A DNA stretch of 64,000 bases from Phoronis australis. Its lineage: Eukaryota > Animalia > Phoronida. Location: positions 181,546 to 245,545 of the forward strand of contig NMRA01000377.1 of the NCBI GenBank assembly GCA_002633005.1, in the 5' to 3' direction. The notes below the pieces were generated by a model. That model saw only the letters and a program-made list of their open reading frames with translations. It searched no databases and was not told where the DNA came from. The position numbers and the translations under genes were made by a program. Below, one piece after another: positions 1 to 13,200 of this stretch (positions are counted from its first letter, which is position 1; each line of letters starts with the position of its first letter).

Positions 1-19
1 GTACATTCTTCATTTTTAC
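1..19 (-). CDS. Start of next exon (VKMKNV..), runs off the window
   Basis: ctttctttttgaag| acceptor; parallels VKLQDM in PLAT3. Confidence 0.75.
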
Positions 20-3000
20 CTTCAAAAAGAAAGTGACTTGTATAAGAAAAATAATTGCAGGCGGTCTAATACATGTTGTACCAGACGTGCGCAGGCCTTG
101 CATGTGGGCCCATTGCACTGATCACCTGGGAATATTTTTATGCTTTATGCTTTCAAGATTTACAGTAAAAAATCTTCAATAATTTGCCATAACTTCTCTG
201 TTCAAACAGGTGTACTACACTGTGACACATTGCTACAAACAATAACCAAAAGTTGTTTGTCAACACCAGAAGCATAATACAAAAAGTCTAATTTTTCACA
301 CATCATTTTTGTAGTTACGTAACAAAAAAATTGACACACCACCATGTTGCGTCCTAATCTGAGGAATTTTTACCTCAATTTTAATTCAGGATTCTGAGTG
401 AATTGTGTTAAACTTTGAATGATTCACAATTTCCACCCACCTTTTCCAGGTACCAGTTAAAACTCTTCACAATCTCCTCAGAATCGTCAGTACCAATTCT
501 TATCTTGTAGACATCTCCCAGCTTTTCGCCCACATTGACATCAAATCTGTCAGTGATGCCTTGCTGGAACAGCTCCCCCTTGTGGTGGGCTTGTTTAACC
601 AATGGTATCGGATCTGATGAACCATTCTTGCCATATACCAATAGGAAGATAGATTGATTAACAACCATCTTCTGTTTTCTACCTGTTGTGATCCAAACGT
701 ACCAGTCTCCATCTACAAAAACACAATTTTATTCAAAGCTACTACAAGCCTTGGGTCCGTTCCAAGAAAGTCAGACAGACTTAAGTTCAATTTGACTAAG
801 TCTAAGATTTGCCTCAACCTCCAAACTTTGAAACTTCCACCAGTGGTAAGTTAGTCAAACTAAAGTAAAACTTACATCAAAAACTCAAGACAAACTTAAG
901 ATCACTTTCTTAAAATTGACTAGAATTTAAGACTGTCTTAGCTAGGTCAATTTTCTTGGAACGGGTACCTAGCATCTCGTCAAGAAATAACTTTAGGCTT
1001 AATTAAGAAGTAGTGTCTTAATTTGTCCCTGACTGAAATTTGATGGGATTTCTGAACTTGGAAAGAACTGATGAATCGTTACTGCACGAGACTTGGCTCA
1101 ACATGGTCTTGAGCTCAGAAACAACAGATGACTTTTCTGTACTGACTAAACAACAAGTTGATGCAGTTTCATTGCTGTAACTGATCTACACCAAAAATTA
1201 GTTTCTGAGTCAAAGAGTTGGCTTACAGCAGCTTCAACTGGCCCGCAGTAAAGTGTAGATCAGCAGGCAAATCAAAATCTCTTAGATGAGAAAAATGACG
1301 ATATNCCCAGCTTTTCGCCCACATTGACATCAAATCTGTCAGTGATGCCTTGCTGGAACAGCTCCCCCTTGTGGTGGGCTTGTTTAACCAATGGTATCGG
1401 ATCTGATGAACCATTCTTGCCATATACCAATAGGAAGATAGATTGATTAACAACCATCTTCTGTTTTCTACCTGTTGTGATCCAAACGTACCAGTCTCCA
1501 TCTACAAATTAAAACACAATTTTATTCAAAGCTACTACAAGCCTCGGGCTCGTTCCAAGAAACTCAGTCAGACTTAAGTTCACTTTGACTAAGTCTAGGA
1601 TTTGCCTCAACCTCCAAACTTTGAAACTTCCACCTGTGGAAAGTTAGTCAAACTAAAGAAAAACTTACATCAAAAACTCAAGACAAACTTAAGATCACTT
1701 TCTTAAAATTGACTAGAATTTAAGACTGTCTTAGCTAGGTCAGTTTTCCTGGAACGGGTCCCTAGCATCTCGTCAAGAAATAACTTTAGGCTTAATTAGT
1801 AAGTAGTGTCTTAATCTGTCCCTGACTGAAATTTGATGGGATTTCTGAACTTGGAAAGAACTGATGAATCGTTACTGCACGAGACTTGGCTCAACATGGT
1901 CTTGAGCTCAGAAACAACAGAAGACTTTTCTGTACTGAGTAAACAACAAGTTGATGCAGTTTCATTGCTGTAACTGATCTACACCAAAAATTAGTTTCTG
2001 AGTCAGAGAGTTGGCTTACAGCAGCTTCAACTGGCCCGCAGTAAAGTGTAGATCAGCAGGCAAATCAAAATCTCTTAGATGAGAAAAATGACGATATCAA
2101 TCAAAATTGCGGACAATTAAAAAATAAGCTTCAGTTGTGTTTAAACAAAATACTAGAACATATTCAACCTTGAGGTTTATCTGTCTTTTTCTTTTCCTTT
2201 GTCTTGGTGTCTTTTTTTGGAGTACCTGAGGTGATTAAGAAAACATGAGGTAATCACAGTAAATATACACTGTGTAGGGAGGGGGGGTGGGGTACTAGTA
2301 GTTAGTGAACATGCAATGGGTAGAGCATATTAACTAAAGGAATTTCAATGTAACTTACAATACAACAACATAAAAGTGATATATTTTGAATGAATCAGGT
2401 GCCTAGCTGATTTGCTAAATTTTTCATTATTTTACAAATCAATGGTCACGGAGATGCATGCCTATAATTTTGTCTCCTAATCTGGTTTTTCAAAGGGACC
2501 AAACAGAGATAATTAGCAGCAGACAAAACATAAATGAAGGCATATCAAAGTGTGACTTTGTATTTGTTGTAAAATGCCTTGTGCAAGATACAAGGACAGG
2601 GAGTGAAGAATTAATAATTAATTTAACAACTTACAAAACACAAGAATGAGAACCATTTATACAACATGGGTGGGGGGTGAATAAGTGAAAAATTAATGAA
2701 TGAATTTCATATAAACTACGAATTGTTAAAACATCAGTGTTTAGCAAATTTATTATATGGCAAAGTTACGCTCCACAATTTGTTGCAAGTTAACTCCTAA
2801 AAATTATGTGTCATAAAATGGTTCCACAGTGAAGAATACAATGTCTAATATTGCTAACAAAACACCATGCATGCATTCTGTACAGGTAATGAATGAACCA
2901 CAACACGTTAGTTTACAGGCACAGTTTAGCAAAGCCAAGCAAGTTTAAGTGCAAAGCTAAATAACAACAAGAAGTAAATTCTGCCATAAGCACGTTCTGG

Positions 3001-5707
3001 ACAAATTCAGGTAACGAACAGCTGCAATAAAACACCCAGAATGCCCCACTACTACCCCTATTGAGCCACAAGTTGTTTTAAAATCTTTTTGTAAGACTGT
3101 ATTGAGTTACCACTCGCACAAACTAAAAACACTTTTGTCTTTGTACAATAATAGAAAATTGAAAACAAATTTCAACATCAATTTCAACTTTCTAGGAATG
3201 CTGACACAATTAACGAAACATTACGGGGCTCATGCAATTGCAAAATGGTCGCAATCAACAACAGTTAGAAGATACACTAGGGTGCAAATATTAGAAGTTG
3301 GATGGTGCTTAAAAGTGAACAAAAAAGGTTTAAAACCTTTATTAAGTCTTGGCACATCTCACAATCTGTTATACAAACTTGTTCTATTTCGTGATGGGTT
3401 TAGCTTAGATCTACCTCGCAAGCAACTATTTAACGCAACAAACTGCCACTACGGTTCAACAATCACATGACAATCACATGACTTGACCATCACTTACCTG
3501 GAGGCAGTGGACTGGTGTTGACTATAGCATGGAGATTTTGCATTATTTTTCACATGTTTAATTGTTTACAAGAATCAAATTTACTAACAACTCATTTTTA
3601 ATTTACCATCACTTCAAATTGAGACATAACTCATGAGTCTTGAGACAGTTTGATAATGCTAGATACAATAGCAAAATTATGCAAAAGTCAGTTGATCAAA
3701 TTGGTAACACAATGGGTTAATTAAAATTGTTCTAAATATCCCTTTCACGCCCTCTTACAATAGTGAAATAATTGCAGAAAATTATTATACGTTGATATTT
3801 TGCCATCTATTATCATCTTTAAAAAGCAAATCATGCCACATTGTTTTTGGGAGGTTTAAATGATTTTAAACAAAAAATAAACATTTAAGACAGGCACATT
3901 TACAAAATAATGCTTTACTTTGGAACAAAACAGTTAACTTTTTAAAATAATGAAATTTTTTGTCACATTTTAACTTTGTTCTACATTTCCATATCGTATT
4001 TTCCCCAAGTGCATTAAGTTCATCTTCATGTCATTTTACTTGACAATTAAATCACTGAGACCTCACAATAATTAAAAACTCACCTCCAATATCCCTAGAA
4101 TTTGTCTTCTGAGACGGTGGTTCGTGAGCTTGGAAAAGCAAGTACAAGCAAGGTTAAGCAATGAAACTGGAGAGAACATAGAACTAGAAAGCACTCCACC
4201 AGAGGGCAGACCTCAACCAGGGCACCGCAGAAAAGTCAATCTAAAATGCACATTTGTGTGTCCGCGGACACATGCATGTATGTGTCTGCATCATTACCAG
4301 CAGTTATTGTAGTGTCAACAAAAGAGGTCACTGTTCTCCATTTCTACAGGGTGTCTCAAAATGTTGGAATATATTTTACAAGTCAGAGCAACTTGCATAG
4401 TCAAGCCACAGGTTTAACAGTTTGTAGTCATCTAACATTTTGAAAATTACTTTCTTCACATGGACGCCTCAGGCGCATGAACATCCATTTAGTCTGTCTC
4501 CATAGTGACAGCCACCATATTACACAACACATTAAGCTGGTGTTTGGCTACTACACACATATGCACGTACACATAAATTAACATATAATTAATACAATAT
4601 AGTCTCTTCCCAAGTTTTAATTGACTGAGGTAGTAAGGCTTATATAATGTCTTGTCTTCACTCTTTGCTCTACACGAATAGACAGAGTTCGTAATGTATA
4701 GAACATACTTTGCACTGTATGGAAAGACAGAGTTTGCAATGTATGTTTGCACAGTATGAAAGTCAGTGTTTGCAATGTATTTTTGCACAGTATGAAAAGC
4801 CAGAAATTTCAACAAATCATTGCGCTATATGAAAAGTCTGAGTTTGCAACACAGAACAGAATGAGTAATATAGCTATATATAGCATCAAGAACAAGTTAA
4901 CATAGAGTATGTCTAAGCTGTTCAAGTTCACTTAACATACCTTTTGGCACATTCTTGTCATCATTCTCTGGAATTTCTACAAAACACACATCTAAAGCTA
5001 TAGTACATGTCAAAAATAACTAGACAGAATGACCTAGAATTTTCCATCATGAAGACGGAGTGTAAGTAGAGTTCACCATAATATCAATAACAGAATGATG
5101 AAATGACCGGTCATGTGGGACAATGACCGATCACGTGGGGCAATGAACCAGCAATACCCATCATGACATGGAAACGGAATTTTGTCCGCACACTTTTGCT
5201 GTGTGGATGGTTTTCACACACATAATGAGCTTATAGTGAGACCAGGGGTCAGGGTTAAACCTTAGTTTGTACTCAAACTCAAAGTAATTTTTGGCATTAT
5301 CCATACTTTTGTGCGAACTTAAGATAAGTGTCATTAGTCTGTGTTTGAGTACAGAATGGTTTAAGGTTATGAATTTCTAATCCAAGTTCGCACTTGAGAT
5401 GACTCTTAGATTCGAGCTACAAACTTCCAGCCTTAATGGCGGGGTCTTCAAGTGCAAACTAGGATCACACAATTATCCACGTAAGCCATTATTTACTGAA
5501 ACATAAAATTATAATAGACACTAATCTTGAGTTTGCTCAATGACAAAAATAAATGGATGAGATTTTCCTGCACTATTGGAATAGCAAAATACAAAATCAT
5601 AAGATTGTAACCACAAACATACGGTAATCTCAAACATCAAAACCTAAAAATAAAAACGACAAAGAGCGCACCAATGTATGGTTTTGATGTTGAACATAAA
5701 CAACAAT

Positions 5708-5740
<33 letters not shown>

Positions 5741-7244
5741 AACAACAACAAAAACAAGCAAATATATCTAACAGCTGCTAAAATAGACACCTGAGAGCAT
5801 TAAATGAATAAAAAACAAAGATTCAATTATAAAGAACCCAATAACTCCAGAATCGCACAAAGGAAAAAAGGGAAGGTTGCTCCGAGTCGATGGAAGTAAT
5901 CTGTTGAGGACAACACACTAGGTGGAGCTAGTATACCTGAATCTTCTGCTTTCAATAAAGCCTTGACATTATTTCTTTGGACAGACCGGGGTNATGCAAT
6001 TTATCGCACTGCAAAATGCGTCCGTCCCCATTGTTTTGGCGCTTCCTGGTTGACCGTAGCTTGTTCACCACTTGGCGGCGCTAGTAGTAGCGGTAACAGC
6101 GAACCCACAAGTGAACTCTCCTATACTACTACACTCCTTGATAGTATCTTCCCAAGTTTTAACTGATTGAGGAAGTAAGGCTTATATAATGTCTTGTCTT
6201 CACTCTTTGCTCTACACGGATAGACAGAGTTCGTAATGTATGTTTTCAACGTACTTTGCACTGTATGGAAAGACAGAGTTTGCAATGTATGTCGCACAGT
6301 ATGAAAGTCAGTGTTTGCAATGTATTTTTGCACAGTATGAAAAGCCAGAAATTTCAACAAATCATTGCACTATATGAAAAGTCAGAGTTTGCAACACAGA
6401 ACAGAATGAGTAATATAGCTATATATAGCATCAAGAACAAGTTAACATAGAGTATGTCTAAGGTGTTCAAGTTCATTTAACATACCTTTTGGCACATTCT
6501 GGTTATCATTCTCTGTAATTTCTACAAAACACACATCTAAAGCTATAGTACATAATTTATCAAAAATAACTAGACAGAATGACCTGGAATTTTCCATCAT
6601 GAAGACAGAGTGTAAGCAGAGTTCACCATAATATCAATAACAGAATGATGAAATGACCGGTCATGTGGGGCAATGACAGGTCACGTGGGGCAATGAGCCA
6701 GCAATACCCATCATGACATGGAAACGGAATTTTGTCCGCACACTTTTGCTGTGTGGATGGTTTTCACACACATAATGGTCTTATAGTGAGACCAGGGGTC
6801 AGGGTTTAACCTTAGTTTGTACTCAAAACTCAAAGTAATTTTTGGCATTATCCATACTTTTGTGCGAACTTAAGATACCGGTAAGTGTAATTAGTCTGTG
6901 TTTGAGTACAGAATGGTTTAAGGTTATGAATTTCTAATCCAAGTTCACACTTGATGAATCTTAGATTCGAGCTACAAACTTCCAGCCTTAATGGCGGGGT
7001 CTCCAAGTGCAAACTAGGATCACACAATTATCCACGTAAGCCATTATTTACTGAAACATAAAATTATAATAGACACTTATCTTGATTTTGCCCACTGACA
7101 AAAATAAATTGATGAGAGTTTCCTGCATTAAAATAGCAAAATACGAAATCATAAGATTGTAACTACAAATATACGGTAATCTCAAACATCAAAACTTAAA
7201 AATAAAAACGACAAAGAGCGCACCAATGTATGGTTTTGATGTTG

Positions 7245-7294
<50 letters not shown>

Positions 7295-10200
7295 AAACAA
7301 AAACAAAAACAAGCAAATATATATAACAGCTGCTAAAATAGACACCTGAGAGCATTAAATGAATAAAAAACAAAGATTCAACTTTAAAGAACCCAATAAC
7401 TCCAGAAACGCACAACGGAAAAAAGGGAAGGTTGTTCTGAGTCGATGGAAGTAATATGTTGAGAACACACTAGGTGGAGCTAGTATACCTGAATCTTCTG
7501 CTTTCAATAAAGCCTTGACATTATTTCTTTGGACAGACCGGGATTTTGTAAAGACAGGAACTTGTTTTTTAGATTCTTCATGTCCTGGGGACGCATTATG
7601 AGGGTAAATATCATAAAATATCATAATTATTCAGTTAATGGAAATGCCAATAAGTAATCAATGTGAAAAAAAACATAGCTGAGAATTGAATGTTATGTTT
7701 GAAATTTGTAACTAAAAAACTTTTGCTCGCTGAACACCATCAATGCCCATGAAGACTCTTCAGTCGTATATTCATTTGAGTATATCTTACTCTGTGTAAA
7801 ATGAGATTCAGAAATCACTAAAGGGCCAAAAAAGTATAGTTTTTCCTTTGTGTAAATGCCATGGCCAAAAATGATATCATGCATTAAGGGGCCCGTCATC
7901 AGGAAGCAACAATGGCATGGCAGTGTGCTCTCGAGCCTATTTACATATACCCAGCAAAAGCAAACATCCATGTCACGCCATCTTTATAAAAGCCTATCAT
8001 TTAGTGGGCACTAAAATTTGATGTAATTTTACCTCCAATGTAGAGAGTTCTCTCTAGTTTCTTATCAGCTATGCTACTGTCCAACCACCTGAAATGTAGA
8101 AACGTAAATGTCACTTCAGTAGCTCATACACAGCAAAAGGAAGTGTTGGAAATCTGGCATTATTGTTGAACAATTTTGAATTCGTTGAGACTGAACACAA
8201 TACACACTGCCACATTTTCATCACCACACGACTTGTTTCAATGAAAGAGTGTAACCACAGCACAACAAGAAGGACCTGTTGCATTTTTCACTCCAAAGCC
8301 CAAGTTTTCCTAAAAATCAAATAAAAGGGTGACTGATTTTTATAAGAACATAATCTACATAATTTATTTTTAAACAGTTGCAGTCTTGCTTGCTTTCTGC
8401 TCAGGGTCTCAAAAATAAATGGTACTGTAATAAATTATAACAACAACTGGGAAATTGCAAAAATGTAAGAACAAGAAGAAATGATCATGATAAAATAATC
8501 ATGATTACAGTTGGGTTGAATCAGTGACGGGCGAGACTGTTAATGGAGTACGGCCATTTAAACAATCAACAGCAGAAGAACTTAATAATATATGAGGTAC
8601 AAATTAGCATTCAGTTGTCAAATACCACTCAAGCCACATTTCTATTATGCAAAGAGATGCGCCCATTAAGAGATGCGCCCATTAAGAGATGCGCCCATTA
8701 AGAGATGCGCCCATTAAGAGATGCGCCCATTAAGAGATGCGCCCATTAAGAGATGCGCCCATTAAGAGATGCGCCCATTAAGNCGGACAGAGATGACGGC
8801 ATAATGCGTCCACATATAAATATGTGGGCGCATAACAATGACAAGGCAGTATTTCATAGATCCAAGACACTCGTCAAGAACTAGCGGTGACAAGGCAGTG
8901 TTTCATAGATCCAAGACATTCGTCAAGAACTAGCAGTGACAAGGCAGTGTTTCATAGATCCAAAACACTCGTCAAGTACTAGTGGTGGCAAAGCTTCTTT
9001 TATGCAACAGAAACAGTGAATTTTATTCTACAATTCAACATCCCAACCTCTCCAACCAATCAATGGCAGCCATTTGGCTAGGTTCGTTAGTAAGGTCCAA
9101 AACAAACTCCTAAAACACCTGGCTTTCACTTGTGAGATTTTGTGTGGTCATGCTTTTTCACGAGATTCCGGTGTCTACAGAACACACCTCATGACTCAAT
9201 ATCATTCAATGCATTTTAGAGTTCCACCATCAAGCAAGAAATCAAAAATTTTCTACAAACTTAGATTGGTCTAAAAATAACCCAGGCAGGGATTTATACT
9301 GTAATTATCCAGCCTTTCAATTACAGACACAAACGAATGAATGAATGTGAATAAAGAACGTTATGGCGATTATTTTGCGAATATTTTGTTTATATTATAA
9401 CTCACTTCTGACAAGGGAAGACATGCTCAAGTTCAGGGTCGTCTTCACACCCTGTGATGACTATCTTTTCACAGTACCAGCCCTCTCCTGGCCCAGTTCC
9501 GTCATGTGACACGACACAATGGGTCAACGCCTCCAGGGACACAGCCTCCAGTAGGAATGTATCGACCTTGAGATGAAAAATTCAAGGTCAAGTATGCCAT
9601 GATATAATGATTTCAACAGAAAGGTAAGACCTTCAGGTCAAAAGATGATTAATTTAACAACTCTTACAGCAATTTGTAACATATATTGTAATTCTGAATA
9701 CGATAAAATCTCAACAATTTCAGACAAAAGATACAGAGAGAAATTTCAGTCAACCATCAAAAACTGATTATTAGTTAATGGCAATATAAAACAGTTTAAG
9801 TCAGGCAAGTTATTGATAAATGAAAGTTCTTACTTGTCCTTCTTCAAATTTGTTGGAGTTTTCAGATTTGAACAGCAGTCTTCTGCCCGTGTCGCCGCGA
9901 GTTCCAAAAACATTCAAGAATACATTGGCGTCAGTGTCTGACCCAGGTAAATCTCCAGTAAACACTTGCACTATGTACTGAACAACTGAAATAAAGACAT
10001 CATAGAGCCATCAAAACACTCCATGGAAGGGTACAGCCAGTCTCTACAAACATAGCTTTAGTTGGAAACACCTCGATTTCAACTCAGTGAAAGGATATAT
10101 TTTCTGAAAGTAGGAAGCCTGTAGAATTTGGCTTTTGACTTTATACCAATCTGCCATTAATTGGGTCACATGACCAAGTATTCTCTGTAAAATTTAGCAA

Positions 10201-13200
10201 AAAAGAAAGGTACATTCATAAGAAGCAAATGGTATTAATAGTACAATAAAATTTTGTTTGGTATAAAATGTAAAAGATCATTTTGTTTCATGCAAATTTT
10301 TAGTTTCTTCATGAATATCATAATATTATAACATCCTATTTTTTGTTAGCCCCTCCTGGAAAAGTGAAATATTTCAAAAACACTAACTCCAAACAAAATT
10401 TGAAGAAAAAAGCATTATCGGAAAGCTTCATATGACCATTTCTGTTATATCAACAGTATGTCCAAATCCAGCCAAATTTTGCTAAAGCCCTATTTAGCCT
10501 ACCTGGCAAAACTGGCCGACCAGGTCGAATGGCTGGTAACTCCTTCAGTAGTGTTGGGTCCTTATTAGTCAGGGAAAACTGTTGATTGTACTTGAATTTT
10601 AGTACTTCTTTTGTGCTCATGTCTTGCAGTTTGACCTAAAATGAGGAAGATTAAAATTCAATACAAACTTCAATCTAACACAGAACAACATAAAAATGGC
10701 CATACCAATTTCATCCACTTTGGTGAGACACATAGTTACTTAGTTAAACATTAGTTGTACAAAAATGATTATCATATTACAGCTAGAGAATTGTGGTACA
10801 TTTTCGTCGCCATCTGTTGACAGAAAAATGGTGCACGTTCTCTGGTTCATTGGTCAACTTCATTCCGCTGGAAAACTGGGGTGCCACAGTCCACTGCAGA
10901 TATCCCACAAATCTCTAACCATGAAAACGTCAATGTGATGACCCATTGTTAAACAATGATAATGACTGACGACAGTTGACGAAAAAAGTGATGATACTTG
11001 GACGTCGACAACCTCTCAGATCGTCAAAGTAACAAATGCAAACATGCTGTGTCGCTGGAGTTGCAAGGAGTTATTGAAGAAATGTTGAACTGACATTTTG
11101 TTCGTAACAGATTGAGAGAAAGATTGTGAAGTGACTTGCTCACTGATAAACGTATGTTACATACTTAACTTGTTTCTCTTTATTATCCCGTATAACTTAA
11201 AAATGGCAGATGCCAAGACCAAGTAGAAACAGGACATGAGTTAAAACACTGTCTATAAGATCCAATAAAAATATTTACTAAAAACAATCAGTTTTCGAGC
11301 CTTACTGGGTACGGGTCTTCATCAGGTATGAAGACAAGAGGCGCAAAAGACTTTTTATAGCAACCTTTTGTCCCACTTGTCTTTATACCAGATGAAGAGA
11401 TGCGCCCATTAAGAGATGCGCACATTTAGGCTTGAAAACTAGTGTTTTTAATAACTATTTTTACCTCATTTCAAAGTGTTTTACCTGTTTCTATAATTAT
11501 CTTATCACTACACTTATTAATATGCATACTTACCTCTCTCACTTTCCAAGATGGCCGCTTTTTCTTGTGCGTTGAGACCAGCTCCAGACGGACTTTGTAG
11601 ATGACCCCTACTGAGCTCAAGTTAACTTTGAACTCATCCTTTGTACCCTCTTTGAACAGTCTCTCCTTGGAGCCCCCCAGAATGATCAAGCCCGAGTTAC
11701 CCTTGTCCCCGTAGACGACGATGGCGACGTCCCCATTTTGTATAGTTTCCAGTGATGTGATCCAAACTTTCCATTCACCCTCTGAAACACATGCACAAAA
11801 TTTGCATGTACTTTACATATTGTCACCACACCACTTCTGTCCAAAGGAAATATTACTTCCTATCACAACAGGATAAATAGTGAGGTAAGTGATCCATAGA
11901 GCGAGTTTCATGCAAATTTGGCGAGGTCACACAAGACCACACGAGTGACCGGCAAATGTGAGTAAACTCCACCAAGCAAGCAGGAAAACTGTACTGAAGT
12001 GACTGAACAGCAGCGGAGTTAAAACTGCTTATTTCTGTTCCTGACCATAAGCCAAGATTTCTCCTCATATACAAAGGGTGATTTTTCTTATAAAAACTTA
12101 TATTTAACACCTTTTAAAACAACAAACTTGCAGAGCAACTTTTGTTTTGGTGTTCCTGTGTCGTGTATCAATACATCTGCATCGTGGTTGACATTCATCA
12201 TCACAAATAGAAATGGACACAAAAATGTGTCATGATACAAGACACATTAAACAGACTGAAGCTTTTGAAATCACAAAGTTTCACAAGTATCATCACCATC
12301 AGCCTCAAGCAAACCATGTCACGGTCAATGACACTCACCAACGGCAATGAACGTCGCCTCTGGAGTTTCAGGTACACCTGGTGTTGTTTGCCGTTGTTGC
12401 TTGGGTTTAGCAGACTCGTCTGCCGTCCACACACGTGCAGAACTGTCCATGATGTCATCACTTGAAGTTTCAGGCAAGGGGGTGGACTCATTATCAGATT
12501 GATCTTCAGCATTCTTGGAATTATCCTTTTTCACCACGACCTTGCTGACGGCTTGTCTTGGACTCTTCTGGTTTTCCTTTCCTTCCTCCTTTTCTTTGGG
12601 TAAACCAACTAACACACAAAGAAAAAACGTCACTGCTTAGCTCCCACACAAAGGTTAATTAATGGTTTGTGAAGAGCACTGCTAACGTCAAACAAGCGAA
12701 TTCAGGGCAAGTTGGCTGAAGAGATTATCAACTGTCAGGCTGTTAAAGGCCTACAGTGCACGTTGAACATATTATTGCAACAAGGCCTTATCTCCCAACT
12801 TAAGGCTCGACAATTAACCAATCACACTGCTTTATCCGAATACAATTAGTTAATCTGTAAGTTTGCTTGTAGGTTGTAGACAAGATATTCGCAACTCTGA
12901 CATTTTCTTGTGTAATATTCTAAAGAAGGTGCCAACCTCTAAACACAGCAAACTCAGCTTCCAGTTAGTGCATTGTGATGGGAAATCCTCCTTGCATCAA
13001 TTTTACTGTCTGGTACAACGAAAAAACAAACAATTTTGGCATTGAAATACTGTTCAAAGTCTTCCAATAGTAGAACTCTTGGAATCGTGAGTACTTTTGG
13101 CACCCAACCACACAACAGCCGGCAATGATTAGCAGACGATGTGCAGTGTCTGCCTGGTGACGCTATTGAATAGTTACGTCACATTTATGCGCAAGAGCAA

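Larger units (their letters stand above)
4598..7541. other. Uncollapsed haplotype duplication (about 4598..5992 vs 6141..7541)
   Basis: Near-identical copies around the n at 5993. Confidence 0.85.

Noticed and set aside
1306-1501. Duplicated PLAT exon as a real exon duplication or mutually exclusive exon
   Set aside because: The copy is identical, is cut at the single-n join and has duplicated flanking intron, as expected for an uncollapsed haplotype. The same applies to 4941/6486.
4489-4815. 108-aa ORF with internal repeats (FHTVQ.YIAN) and its twin at 6121..6360
   Set aside because: Translation of a degenerate intronic tandem repeat of about 33 bp; non-ATG start; the frame differs between haplotypes.
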